Shown here: one piece after another, positions 17,343 to 26,515 of the stretch | How positions within the stretch are numbered: the stretch's first letter is position 1 | How the letters are laid out: each line of letters begins with the position of its first letter | From: a virus | Virus record (IMG/VR): IMGVR_UViG_3300042565_001021 | Span: 91,046 to 155,045 of that record | Direction: 5' to 3' (one strand) | DNA length: 64,000 nucleotides | Program-made: the position numbers and the translations under genes | The notes under the pieces: generated by a model | What the model was told of the DNA's origin: nothing | Databases searched by the model: none | What the model saw: the letters and a program-made list of their open reading frames with translations, nothing else

Positions 17343-17831
17343 TCATCTAGCCAAGCCGCAAGATTTTATCATAGTGATTAGCTGATGTGTCGGAGTGTCT
17401 GCTCCATACGTAATAACTTCGTATTTGCCTTCTTCGTTATAGTAGAAGGCATCCTCAGGACTAAAGCCTGCCTCGGCTAAATCTGTTTTAACCGCAGTTT
17501 TGTAATCCATTGCTCCCCAAATGCGCTCCGGCAGGACGATCCCGCAACAAGTGACCAACCCATTTAACGAGTCGGCGTCTTCAGCAAACGACCCTGTTGG
17601 GAATTCTCTCTCGAGGGTTAGCCTGGCAAGTTTCTCTAGGATGTCTACGCTTGCGCCACCGTTTAAGATGATAAGTGTCTTGTCTTTAGTTGCCCATTCG
17701 TGTAACATAGTTTTCTGCGTATCAGTCTGCCAATTGTCAGTAAACATGTTAGCGACTAAGTGAGCAGTCTGTACGCCTTGTTGAATAGACGACAGGTAAA
17801 AGTTTACGAACGAGTATAGTCGGTAGTTCAT
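17343..17831 (-). CDS. Pth2-like peptidyl-tRNA hydrolase fold protein
   Basis: LSSIQQGVQTAH...EW...KTLIIL pattern of phage PTH2-like proteins; start MNYRL. Confidence 0.5.
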   Translation of the reverse strand: MNYRLYSFVNFYLSSIQQGVQTAHLVANMFTDNWQTDTQKTMLHEWATKDKTLIILNGGASVDILEKLARLTLEREFPTGSFAEDADSLNGLVTCCGIVLPERIWGAMDYKTAVKTDLAEAGFSPEDAFYYNEEGKYEVITYGADTPTHQLITMIKSCGLAR

Positions 17832-18361
17832 TTCTTCTTTACCCCGCATTGTTTGTAGATTGCCTGAACGCCTTTTGCTTGCGAATAGGCATCAGCTAAC
17901 GCATTGTGCGCTTGAGAGTTGCTTGTCTTGAAGGAATAGTCGCCCATGTCGCCTACTGTGCGGCTGTCACGGATTCTCCAGTATTCCCACGGACACGGCT
18001 TGCCAAGCTGCTTATACATGTGCTGAAGAATAAGGATGTCGAACAAAGGTCCTTGTGCCCAAATCTTGTCAGCACCTACAATGTAGCGGCTAATCTGATT
18101 AGTGAACTCATCCATACTGATCCGGCCGTCCTCCCCCATGGCTTCATCTTGTGCGGCTTGTGGCTGTCGCATCCACCAGTCCATTGTGCTCGGATCAACG
18201 ACCCGGCCGCGTTCAGTTTGCTCTTCTACGTCGACGCGGATATATAACGGCATGTTCGGTTCCGCATCGCTGTACGGATCAAACTTTACCGCACCGAAGG
18301 TGAGAACTACTGCGTCCTCACCTGTTGCGCAGGTTTCAAGGTCTAACATGAGTTGAGCCAT
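17828..18361 (-). CDS. DEDDh 3'-5' exonuclease (Rv2179c-like)
   Basis: MLDLET...WAQG..FD.IL...RDSRT...HNALADA. Confidence 0.85.
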   Translation of the reverse strand: MAQLMLDLETCATGEDAVVLTFGAVKFDPYSDAEPNMPLYIRVDVEEQTERGRVVDPSTMDWWMRQPQAAQDEAMGEDGRISMDEFTNQISRYIVGADKIWAQGPLFDILILQHMYKQLGKPCPWEYWRIRDSRTVGDMGDYSFKTSNSQAHNALADAYSQAKGVQAIYKQCGVKKK

Positions 18362-18362
18362 C

Positions 18363-18674
18363 TTAGATTACCGGCTCCAATCTCACCAAAAGTGGAAATC
18401 CATTGTTGCGAGCAAGCATCGTTACTTCAACGCCTTTTTGCTCTGCTAGCTCATACGGCAGAACAGCAACTACAGCAGATCCGTCAACGTGGATCTTTTC
18501 GCAAATATCAGCGGCTGACTCTGGAGAATGATCGAATACCTCGACCAGGCTCATAACTACGAATTCCATTGTCGTAGTTTCGTCGTTGATGTAGATGACG
18601 TTAAACAAGGGAGGCGGCTTTAAATCTAGCTTCGGCTTAATTTTTTCTTTAATTCCAATGTCGGCGTGTGCCAT
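18363..18674 (-). CDS. clpS: ATP-dependent Clp protease adaptor ClpS
   Basis: PPLFNVIYINDETTTMEFVV..L...F...IH..GSAVV...E.AEQK...FPL. Confidence 0.9.
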   Translation of the reverse strand: MAHADIGIKEKIKPKLDLKPPPLFNVIYINDETTTMEFVVMSLVEVFDHSPESAADICEKIHVDGSAVVAVLPYELAEQKGVEVTMLARNNGFPLLVRLEPVI

Positions 18675-18705
18675 TTTGTGTTACCTGTTTTGTGAGGTGA
18701 AGGTA

Positions 18706-18945
18706 TTACAGTATGCTACAGATAAGGCGTAAAGCTTTGACTGCGGTTTCAAGGAGCCGCTTCTGCGCGTCTGTCTCGGCTGCGTCTTGGAGCTTTTTTA
18801 AGTCTAGCAGTTGATCGCTTAGGTTCTTGAATTCTTCTTCGTTAATCTGATTAGAGTTCAGTAGCGTCTTGTATCTGCTAACTCGAGCAGCGAGCTCTGC
18901 CACTTGTCTGTCTTCGTGGTTTAGAAGTTCGTTAAGGTTCATCAT
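18706..18945 (-). CDS. Hypothetical helical protein
   Basis: GGAG RBS; follows the lipoprotein gene. Confidence 0.6.
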   Translation of the reverse strand: MMNLNELLNHEDRQVAELAARVSRYKTLLNSNQINEEEFKNLSDQLLDLKKLQDAAETDAQKRLLETAVKALRLICSIL

Positions 18946-18946
18946 T

Positions 18947-19333
18947 TTAATTGTGACTCCTTGCTCCGAGAGCATATAGAATAGTGCTGGCTGCGGTTCT
19001 CATGTTCTCAGCTGACTCTTTACAATAAACTACGCTGCCGCCTACCTTAAATCGCAACACCAAGCCTGCCATAGTCGAAGCGAACTCTTTTGATACTTCG
19101 TCTGGACGATGACCTGCGTAGATAACCGCAGTGTTCGACAGTTGCCGCATTACTTCGTGCTCTGCTCGTTCCTTGTTAGTATCTCCGCAAGCACCGTTGA
19201 GCTTAACTGCGCGATCAGACATAGACACATAGGTCATGTATTCTTGGTTGTCGAACCTAGCAGTAAATGCTCCACACCCTGCCAGGGCAGTAACTACGGC
19301 CATAGCCGTAAGTAACTTGATATATGGTTTCAC
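18947..19333 (-). CDS. Lipoprotein
   Basis: Lipobox LAGC. Confidence 0.7.
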   Translation of the reverse strand: MKPYIKLLTAMAVVTALAGCGAFTARFDNQEYMTYVSMSDRAVKLNGACGDTNKERAEHEVMRQLSNTAVIYAGHRPDEVSKEFASTMAGLVLRFKVGGSVVYCKESAENMRTAASTILYALGARSHN

Positions 19334-19408
19334 CTAATTCTCCTTATATAACATACTACGGGATTTGCCGTAGTAAGTCAATCTTTTTGGTTAATATTTC
19401 TGTTTTGG

Positions 19409-19996
19409 TTATATCTCTTCAAACAAGGTCTCAGCATACCAAACCCACCCTTGGCCACGATTATTTACATCTTCTGAAAAGTAATTCTTACCTGGACCCA
19501 ACTTAGTTGATTCGAACATGTAACATAAGTCTGGATCATTGATCGGCTCTACTAGCTTGGTCTTTTCTCCAGTTATCTTATTCAATACAGACGGAGTAGC
19601 CATTCCATATTTTCCTAACGAATTGATTAACTCTTGCCCTCCGGCGAAAATAGCTCCATCTGCTATAACTGGATCCTTAGCAAATTCTTTAACTGCGTAG
19701 AGTAACCATTTAATCGCTGAAGTTTTTCTAAAGGTTGGAACTATGTAAATTAGATCAATATGAGAATAAATGTTGCCTAGTAGCCTGTCTCGACTAATCT
19801 TAACAAACCCTATTAACAATGCCTGATCTTTTTTAAGAATCAAGTATTTGTCTTTTTCCCAAAGCGATAATGTTTCTGAGACCTCAGTTATTTTTACAGC
19901 ATCGTCTATCTCGGCATTGATGAACTGATGATCTACTTTATCATCTGGAAATTCCCCGAACTGCGTTGCTTCGGGCGTAAACTCATTCGACTTCAT
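19409..19996 (-). CDS. GNAT-like protein with MKSNEFTPE N-terminus
   Basis: IDLIYIVPTFRKT motif-A-like segment; AT-rich. Confidence 0.5.
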   Translation of the reverse strand: MKSNEFTPEATQFGEFPDDKVDHQFINAEIDDAVKITEVSETLSLWEKDKYLILKKDQALLIGFVKISRDRLLGNIYSHIDLIYIVPTFRKTSAIKWLLYAVKEFAKDPVIADGAIFAGGQELINSLGKYGMATPSVLNKITGEKTKLVEPINDPDLCYMFESTKLGPGKNYFSEDVNNRGQGWVWYAETLFEEI

Positions 19997-20241
19997 TAAT
20001 ATTTCTGTTTTGGTAAAGAATCGCCTGCCAACTTACGTTCCCAACGCTTCTTAGCTTGGCTAGCAGCCCGCTTTCTTTTGGTCGTCGGTTTTTCGTAAGA
20101 CTCGCGCTCGCGCAGTTCAATCATTAAACCGCTGTCTTGTATCTTGTTTCTAAACTTGCGCATTGCTGCTTCAAACTTGCCTTCAGCGACATACACCTTC
20201 GATCCTGGCGCCATCGGCGGCACATAGTTATTTTGAGACAT
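19996..20241 (-). CDS. rpsU: Ribosomal protein bS21
   Basis: VYVAEGKFEAAMRKF...G...ELRERESYEKPTTKRKR...AKKRW.RKL. Confidence 0.9.
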   Translation of the reverse strand: MSQNNYVPPMAPGSKVYVAEGKFEAAMRKFRNKIQDSGLMIELRERESYEKPTTKRKRAASQAKKRWERKLAGDSLPKQKY

Positions 20242-20611
20242 TCTTATCCTTTAAGGTAAATTGCGCGAAAAAATCTATCGGCTTTTCAATTTTGTTATTA
20301 TTCATTATAAACTTCTTTTGACCATAATAAAAGTTTTTTGGGTTAACTACTAGCCGGTCTTTTATCTCGCTGCAAACAGTATTTACGGTGTTCACTATAA
20401 CCGTGTTAGATTTCTCAACCACTTTGTTTAGCCATTCTTCGTCGTTCATCTCTGCCCGATAAAGATACACGTTGAACTGGCGTTCCGAATACTGTAAGAA
20501 AAGTGCTAAGTCGTCAACTTCTTCCAATGTAGGGTCGATGACGACTACACTATACGCTCGTCCTTTTACAACATCAGGTGGAGTAACTAATTTACTTAGG
20601 CGTTTGTTCAT
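20228..20611 (-). CDS. Hypothetical protein
   Basis: Coupled ORF upstream of bS21. Confidence 0.7.
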   Translation of the reverse strand: MNKRLSKLVTPPDVVKGRAYSVVVIDPTLEEVDDLALFLQYSERQFNVYLYRAEMNDEEWLNKVVEKSNTVIVNTVNTVCSEIKDRLVVNPKNFYYGQKKFIMNNNKIEKPIDFFAQFTLKDKNVSK

Positions 20612-22184
20612 TTAAATACGCTGCGATCTGATCTTGTTCAGTTTGACTAAGATCGTCAATGTCGTACTCTCCGCTTTCGACTTTAGAAAGCAAAAGCTTG
20701 ATATACTCTTTATCGTAAGCATAAGTGTCAGTAACGTTTTTATCAACCTGGAACCAGTTTTCACCGCTCCATTTAAATAATGTGCTAGGAACCATATCAA
20801 CACGCAAGAACAAGTCTCCGGCCTCAGGATCTTTCGGGAATGTTACTCCAAAGTGGGCATTACCTCCCTTAGGGAAATTTTCAGGTAATCCTTCTAACGG
20901 TGGAAGAACTATTTTATGCTTTGCTGGAAACTGCGGCAGTGGCTGAGGATCCGCACTTACAGTAAGGCTGGTCACCTCGGGCGTTTGTTCGTCTGTCGGG
21001 AGCGTTTCCAGCAAATTCGCTGCGTTGTTTTGAATAATAGCCGAAATCTCTTTACTTTCTCCAGGTTGTTCAAGGATAAGCTCTACTGCTTTTTCTAAAT
21101 CTCCGTTAAGACGCGCAATTTCTGCGTCACGAGCTGCTATTGCTTCCTCGGCCTTTTGCTGCTCTACTGCCTGTTCAGCAGCAATCTGAATAATCTCTGC
21201 TTGCCGGGCCTGCTCTGCCTCTGCGGCACACTCGGCTCGGGTTGCTGCGATTGCTTCTTCAACAAGCTTTAGCATCTCATCTTCGGATGGGGAAGGAATA
21301 GGTTCCGGTGGTAGCATGAGAGCAACAGGAACAGAATCCGCCTGAGCCTGTAATGCTGCTAGCTCTGCTGCCTCTTTTGTTTCTTCGATCTGCTCAATTA
21401 TTTCGTCGTGCTTCTTTTTACGCCTATCAAGCTTAGACCAGTCAATAGACGAGGTTGCTGCTAGGATTAGAACAATGGCAAGTGGATCAAACACAAACAC
21501 AATGATTATGATTACCCACCGAACGGCCGATTCTAATAGATTATGATCAGGGTTGTCGCCGTAAATTAGCGCAGCCACGTACCTAATAGGCCCGACCTCC
21601 GCTTCTACTTTACGGAACTGACTTGCGACTGGCGCTCGTTCTTCTTGTAGTTTCGTGATTGTCTTTTGCGCGGCATCAATGTCTTTCTGTAATGCTGCGC
21701 GTTCTTTAGCTTGCGACCTGCGCAAGTTAGCTGACCTAGTAGCACCGGTGTCATCGGTCGTTCTGGCCATTGTTTGATCAACTGCGCTGTCAAGCTGAAC
21801 TAGTGCCTTACGCGCCGAGGCGATGTTGTCTTTTTGTGTTAGTATCTTCTCATCGTATAACGCAACTTGGGCCTGTATGTCACCAGACGGCACAGCTTGT
21901 TCTAAGTGGGCTTTTGAAAGGAATCCGAAGATACCCATTGAGGTAATGAACATCAACACGCCAACAGCAACCGTTAGATAGGATTTGATTTTCCAATCGG
22001 CACGTGACCAGTTGTAGTGTAACCAAACTGTAGAAACAACTTTGCCGAGTTCTAATGCTATTCCCATAACGATAATAGGAATAACAGCCGCGGCAAAGAT
22101 TGCTGTGAGACCGACTACTGAATACCAAGCGGCAATGAAAGATATCGAAAGAGCCGTTAAAAGAGTTATAAGACCTAGAATCAA
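20592..22184 (-). CDS. Multi-pass membrane coiled-coil protein
   Basis: Several TM helices, a coiled coil, and an FGVTFP..P..GDLFLRVD tail; start moved to TTG 22184 after GGAG. Confidence 0.8.
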   Translation of the reverse strand: MILGLITLLTALSISFIAAWYSVVGLTAIFAAAVIPIIVMGIALELGKVVSTVWLHYNWSRADWKIKSYLTVAVGVLMFITSMGIFGFLSKAHLEQAVPSGDIQAQVALYDEKILTQKDNIASARKALVQLDSAVDQTMARTTDDTGATRSANLRRSQAKERAALQKDIDAAQKTITKLQEERAPVASQFRKVEAEVGPIRYVAALIYGDNPDHNLLESAVRWVIIIIVFVFDPLAIVLILAATSSIDWSKLDRRKKKHDEIIEQIEETKEAAELAALQAQADSVPVALMLPPEPIPSPSEDEMLKLVEEAIAATRAECAAEAEQARQAEIIQIAAEQAVEQQKAEEAIAARDAEIARLNGDLEKAVELILEQPGESKEISAIIQNNAANLLETLPTDEQTPEVTSLTVSADPQPLPQFPAKHKIVLPPLEGLPENFPKGGNAHFGVTFPKDPEAGDLFLRVDMVPSTLFKWSGENWFQVDKNVTDTYAYDKEYIKLLLSKVESGEYDIDDLSQTEQDQIAAYLNEQTPK

Positions 22185-22203
22185 AAGTAATGCTCCAAAA
22201 AAG

Positions 22204-22289
22204 ATAAATAATAGTGCAGTTCGCGATACGCAAATATCCAACTGCCTTAGTCATCCTTGGGAGGATATATGACCAACACTACTATTTAT
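22204..22289 (+). ncRNA. Conserved structured leader of endonuclease gene (copy 3)
   Basis: ATAAATA-ATAGT-GCAGTT-CGC-GATA-cgcaaa-TATC-C-AACTGC...GGAGG..ATG..CACTACTATTTAT. Confidence 0.65.
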
Positions 22290-22835
22290 GATAACACTAC
22301 TGCCACAAAAACACAAGAGTTTAAGCCAACTTACCTATACATAAAACAGCATAATGTTACCGGATTGAAGTATTTCGGTAAAACCATTAGTAGCGATCCT
22401 GTTAAATATAAAGGTTCTGGGTTAATGTGGAAAAGACACCTTAAGAAACACGGAAATAACGTTACAACTACTTGGTTGAGGTTGTTTACTGATCAAAAAG
22501 AGTTAACTGAATTTGCTCTCGACTTTTCAAAAGAAAATAACATTATCGAATCCAAGGAATGGGCAAACTTATTATTTGAAGATGGAGTTGCCGGCGGGTT
22601 TGGTGGTCATACTATTAAAGGTAGAAAGTTAGGTCCTATGTCTGAAGAACATAAAAGAGCACTATCTATTGCTAATCGTGGAAAAGGTCGCCCACCTATT
22701 TCAGAAGAAACCAGAGTTAAAATGTCAGCAGCAAGAAAAGGGAAGCCGGCTGCAAATGCCGGAAAGAAGCACTCCGAAGAAGCCAGGCGCAAAATATCTG
22801 AGGCCAGAAAAAGATACCTTAGTAAGGTCTTATAA
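22269..22835 (+). CDS. Free-standing GIY-YIG-like homing endonuclease with NUMOD3 repeats
   Basis: PTYLYIKQH..TGLKYFGKT...YKGSG..W..HL; SEEHKR/SEETR/SEEARRKISEA repeats. Confidence 0.85.
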   Translation: MTNTTIYDNTTATKTQEFKPTYLYIKQHNVTGLKYFGKTISSDPVKYKGSGLMWKRHLKKHGNNVTTTWLRLFTDQKELTEFALDFSKENNIIESKEWANLLFEDGVAGGFGGHTIKGRKLGPMSEEHKRALSIANRGKGRPPISEETRVKMSAARKGKPAANAGKKHSEEARRKISEARKRYLSKVL

Positions 22836-22871
22836 TTTCCGGGGGCGACCGTAACTCAAATATTACGGCGA

Positions 22872-23225
22872 TTATACCTGCCAAGGTCTACCAAGAGTAG
22901 GAGCAACCAAACCGGTGTTTAGCACGTTGAGTGGGCGGTGGTCGTAGTTGGTTGGCCAAACTGGTTCGGCCGCAGCAGTTGTTCCGGCGACCGTGCACTT
23001 GTAGTAATGACCGTTTGATGGTACTCGGACATACTCGTTTAACAGGTATGCTGTAGAGACTTTCCAATCTCTAAAAGTAGTAGGGACGAATACTTGAAAC
23101 TGCCAGGTTGTGCCTCCGCTAACTACCATAGGTAGGGCTGCTGATCGTGCGGCATCAGCCAAAGCCAACTTAGCTGTCCTGCGGTCTGCTTTGTCGACGA
23201 GATGAGAAATTCCGTTGCTTGACAT
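22872..23225 (-). CDS. Late protein with a carbohydrate-binding-like virion module
   Basis: W..STAY....VRVPSNGHYYKCTVAGTT...EPVWPT. Confidence 0.6.
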   Translation of the reverse strand: MSSNGISHLVDKADRRTAKLALADAARSAALPMVVSGGTTWQFQVFVPTTFRDWKVSTAYLLNEYVRVPSNGHYYKCTVAGTTAAAEPVWPTNYDHRPLNVLNTGLVAPTLGRPWQV

Positions 23226-23251
23226 ACTGTAAGTCTCCTTACAGTATTTAT
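23224..23251 (-). promoter_or_regulatory. Late promoter in the 5' arm of a 10-bp RBS-sequestering hairpin
   Basis: ATAAATActgtaaGGAGActtacagtATG; ATACTGTAAG/CTTACAGTAT. Confidence 0.75.
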
Positions 23252-23271
23252 CCTGACGGAAGAGTTACTGC

Positions 23272-23448
23272 TTAGTTCGCGCGGAGTTGTTCGATTTCGA
23301 CATAGGCGCACTTGCGCACGTTAACCGCTTCGATTACAGCGTCGTCGAACGGATTGTCGTATATGGAGATCAAGTCCTGATACAGTTCCATGATCTCAGC
23401 CTCATCAACGTTGGCGTCAGTGATCTGGTGTATGAGTTTGTGTGCCAT
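23272..23448 (-). CDS. Hypothetical early protein (not in track)
   Basis: MAHKLIHQITDANVDEAEIMELY...; TTGACC/TATAAT promoter and GGAG RBS at 23449-23511. Confidence 0.7.
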   Translation of the reverse strand: MAHKLIHQITDANVDEAEIMELYQDLISIYDNPFDDAVIEAVNVRKCAYVEIEQLRAN

Positions 23449-23547
23449 TTTGGATCTCCGGTTGTTTTCTTACTATGAATACATTATACTACCATTTGCC
23501 AAAAAGGTCAACTGGTATTTTACGCTAGTATTTAGCTGAAAATCCCT

Positions 23548-23853
23548 TTATTTGCGCTGAGTTAGCACGATCATCATCTGTAACTTGCTGGCTTTATCGA
23601 GCATTCCATTAATGTAGTCGCCCCATTCTCTTTCTAGGCGCTTACGCTTTTCCTTTACAGCAGGAGGTCCAGGACGATGTAACATGTTACAATACCTTGT
23701 CCAATGATGTAGGTGCTCGACGTCAATGCGAAACAGAATGGCTTGAACCTTTCTGTAATCTTCGTATGCGTCTTGATCGTAAATTGGACCAGCAAGTGAG
23801 AACATTGTTTTCACGTGCGGCCATTCTCGAGGATGATTGATGTAACGTTCCAC
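23548..23853 (-). CDS. Hypothetical protein
   Basis: Packed ORF. Confidence 0.6.
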   Translation of the reverse strand: MERYINHPREWPHVKTMFSLAGPIYDQDAYEDYRKVQAILFRIDVEHLHHWTRYCNMLHRPGPPAVKEKRKRLEREWGDYINGMLDKASKLQMMIVLTQRK

Positions 23854-23855
23854 GT

Positions 23856-24182
23856 TTACTTGATCTTGTTAGCCAGGATACCGAACGTCAAGTACTTCTC
23901 AACGTCATCTTTGAAATACGGAAATATCGAGAACAGCTGGAATGCGTCGACCTCGGTATACTTGCCACGATTCGCAGCATCCTTCGACCGCATTACCTTG
24001 TCTTGCTCGTTTTGTCCGGCCCACCCTTTGCCGTACCGCTTGAACTGGAGCGTCTTACCGCGAGCACCCCAACCTGCGTAATAAACGCCGTCGACCTCGA
24101 ACGCAGTCCACACCTTGTCGTGCTTGCTGCCGTCGCGATCAGTCTTGTTACACCAGCCAATGAATCGATAGTTGATTTCCAT
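23856..24182 (-). CDS. WGR-like domain protein
   Basis: HDKVW...WGARG...K...KY pattern. Confidence 0.55.
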   Translation of the reverse strand: MEINYRFIGWCNKTDRDGSKHDKVWTAFEVDGVYYAGWGARGKTLQFKRYGKGWAGQNEQDKVMRSKDAANRGKYTEVDAFQLFSIFPYFKDDVEKYLTFGILANKIK

Positions 24183-24385
24183 GTTACTTTCTTTTAAAAG
24201 TTATTGTTGACGAGGTCCTGGATATTCCGCAATGCTAGCGAAGCGTCGCTGCTGTTGCGTGACATCCTGCCCCATTCGCACCAAGCGTTAATTCGAACGT
24301 TGATGTTCTCTTCGGTGTCCTCGGCTATTTCACGCAGCCCAAGGAAAATCGCTTTTTGTTCGGTCATTCCCATGTTAGTTCATCC

Positions 24386-24598
24386 TCACTTCGGGGCCTT
24401 ATACGGAGTAAAGTCCCCGAATTCTTTATCGAGCGCACCATTAACGTAGCCGCGCAGTCCGTAGGTCATGTTAAGTGACTTGTACCACTTCTCCTCTTTA
24501 CACCGAGCCGCCCACCACTTGTCATAGGCTGCTTGACTGTCGTAGAGCTTGTGTTTGCTCTTTGAGCCGTAAAAGTAAATTTCGATCTTGTAGCTCAT
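24386..24598 (-). CDS. Hypothetical protein
   Basis: Likely start MSYKIE. Confidence 0.55.
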   Translation of the reverse strand: MSYKIEIYFYGSKSKHKLYDSQAAYDKWWAARCKEEKWYKSLNMTYGLRGYVNGALDKEFGDFTPYKAPK

Positions 24599-24752
24599 TC
24601 TGGGACGCACCTAGCAGTAGGAACAGCAAGGAGGCGTTTTGCTTCTTCACACGCTGCCGGCGAGCTAAACTCTCCAACGTTTACCCATCCTGTGTGAACA
24701 GAATACCGCTCAGCAGCAAGAACCTGCCAAATAAACAGAATCGTAATCGTTG

Positions 24753-25088
24753 TCATAGTTTCACTCCGAGTGCCTTGATTTCATCCGGGTCAAGCTTGGA
24801 AAGTGCCCGCGCCTTTAATTCTTCCTTGCGACGTTTGGCTTCTTCTCGTTGTGCGTGTCGTTCTGCGCGGGCTTGGGCCTCGGCCGCAGCTTTCGCATCG
24901 GCTTCTTTATGCTTCTTCCACCAGTTGCGCACTTCCTCGTCGCCGAGCAGAATAAAGTCTTCAACTCCTTGGCGTTCGAGCTCTTGCATTGCTTTACAGG
25001 CAATACGAGCAAGGCGATCGATTTGTTCTTGGTCAGCAGCCGATCGTTGGCTACTAGGAAAGTCATCTTCGTAACTTCTGCAAGGCAT
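24753..25088 (-). CDS. Hypothetical early protein
   Basis: Ends ALSKLDPDEIKALGV; promoter cassette at 25089-25153. Confidence 0.7.
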   Translation of the reverse strand: MPCRSYEDDFPSSQRSAADQEQIDRLARIACKAMQELERQGVEDFILLGDEEVRNWWKKHKEADAKAAAEAQARAERHAQREEAKRRKEELKARALSKLDPDEIKALGVKL

Positions 25089-25336
25089 GATGTTTTTCGA
25101 TTCTGTTTTGTTAGCGTGTTTTACATTATACGCTGAAGTTGGTTAAAGGTCAACCAAATTCATTTCATCAACCCACACGGGTCAGAAATCTTTGCGTTGG
25201 AAGCCGCAGTCTTCGCCCAGTTCTGCACAAACGCCTGGGCGTCGGCGAGCTCTTTGGTTTCTTGCGCAGTAAGCTTCCAGACTTTCTTGCGTTCGGTAAG
25301 CTTCAGGCAGGTTGCAGCAGCGGTCATAATGTCCAT

Positions 25337-25534
25337 TTAATGGCCTTTCCTTTCGGCTAGCACTTTCTTGAATGCCTTATTCGTCAGGTTAAACACTTTC
25401 TGGGAATCTGTTTCGTAAATGAACGCAACTAGGTCAAAGTCCATCCCGTAGAACGGGCTATTCATCGAACCGGACATGTGGTTATGGTAGGCGTCTTCCG
25501 CCATCCGTTCAATTACGTGGCTTATGAGTTTCAT
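25337..25534 (-). CDS. Hypothetical early protein
   Basis: GAGG RBS. Confidence 0.6.
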   Translation of the reverse strand: MKLISHVIERMAEDAYHNHMSGSMNSPFYGMDFDLVAFIYETDSQKVFNLTNKAFKKVLAERKGH

Positions 25535-25535
25535 T

Positions 25536-26045
25536 TTATCCCTCGTTCTGCATTGCGTTGATCATGTGCTGACGCGCAGGATTCTCCATCGCGCAGCGGG
25601 CCACGAACTTGTTCAGCTCGTCGGTGCGCGTCTGTTCGGCGTCGCCCTCGGCTTCCATGCGCTGCATTTCGCGCTCCGCGTTCATCGCCTCCGCGGCGTT
25701 GCCGACATCAACCGCAGGAGCAGCGACCGGAGCAGCCTTAGCTTTCGCTTCAGCAGCCAGGGCCAGTTGCTTCCAGTACACGCCGATGCGCATGTTACCG
25801 CACTTCATCGGCTTGCGCCAGTAAGCGATCTGCTTGGCAGTCAAGTAGCCTTTGCGCAGGTAGAACTGCGCCATCGAAGTGCCCATCCGCGCATGGCACG
25901 GGCGGAAACCTTCGCCGTTCAAGTATTTGGTGTTTTCTTGCGCCTGCTCGTCACGCGTCTGATGCTCGTTCAGGACGACCAGCGCCCTTGCTACGGCCTT
26001 GTCGTTCTCGCGCAGTAGCTTGCACAAGGTGTCTTTGTTAAGCAT
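25536..26045 (-). CDS. Hypothetical early protein
   Basis: Follows the promoter/RBS cassette at 26046-26106. Confidence 0.75.
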   Translation of the reverse strand: MLNKDTLCKLLRENDKAVARALVVLNEHQTRDEQAQENTKYLNGEGFRPCHARMGTSMAQFYLRKGYLTAKQIAYWRKPMKCGNMRIGVYWKQLALAAEAKAKAAPVAAPAVDVGNAAEAMNAEREMQRMEAEGDAEQTRTDELNKFVARCAMENPARQHMINAMQNEG

Positions 26046-26106
26046 TTTGTTGCTCCGTATCGTTAGCGTATGAGCGTATTATACAGCCATTTTGCCAAAA
26101 GGTCAA
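26046..26106 (-). promoter_or_regulatory. Early sigma70 promoter-RBS cassette (near-copy of 7156-7215)
   Basis: TTGACC-17nt-TATAAT-acgctcatacgctaacgatacGGAGcaacaaaATG. Confidence 0.85.
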
Positions 26107-26357
26107 CCTTTTTCTTCCTCGAACATTTCGACTGGAAACAGGTATCCGTGCACCGGTACATGGCGGACACGCTTGGCGCTAAAGTAGCAAACCTCCGGGA
26201 AGTACGAGCGAAAGACGGACTGCATGATGTAGGTCGCTTCGACGCCGTAGCGCCGCAGAATCTCGGCGCGTTTGAAATATTCTTTGTCCCACCATGCGCC
26301 CGTGCGTGGCACTTGCATGTCACGCAGGATTTGCGGCTTCGGAGTGTACTTGAACAT
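26103..26357 (-). CDS. Hypothetical early protein
   Basis: Start MFKYTPK. Confidence 0.6.
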   Translation of the reverse strand: MFKYTPKPQILRDMQVPRTGAWWDKEYFKRAEILRRYGVEATYIMQSVFRSYFPEVCYFSAKRVRHVPVHGYLFPVEMFEEEKG

Positions 26358-26359
26358 TC

Positions 26360-26515
26360 TTAGCAGCGGGCAGTGAGTTGCTTGGGCGCTGCGAAAGTGG
26401 TGTTGCAAACGGTAACCTTCACGCCTTCAGCGTTGAAGTAGGAAGTGTATTTCGGGGCCTTTGCGGCTTTGGTAGCGCCCGGCTTTGTTAACTTCACTTC
26501 GCGCATCTTGGGCAT
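26360..26515 (-). CDS. 51-aa basic early protein (not in track)
   Basis: MPKMREVKLTKPGATKAAKAPKYTSY...; follows the promoter/RBS cassette. Confidence 0.65.
   Translation of the reverse strand: MPKMREVKLTKPGATKAAKAPKYTSYFNAEGVKVTVCNTTFAAPKQLTARC

Noticed and set aside
22185-22268. Extended N-termini called by the ORF track (22241 minus, 22257 plus; similarly 39902, 47260, 54179)
   Set aside because: They run through regulatory leaders or neighbouring genes; downstream starts have an RBS, promoter spacing or the shared N-terminal motif
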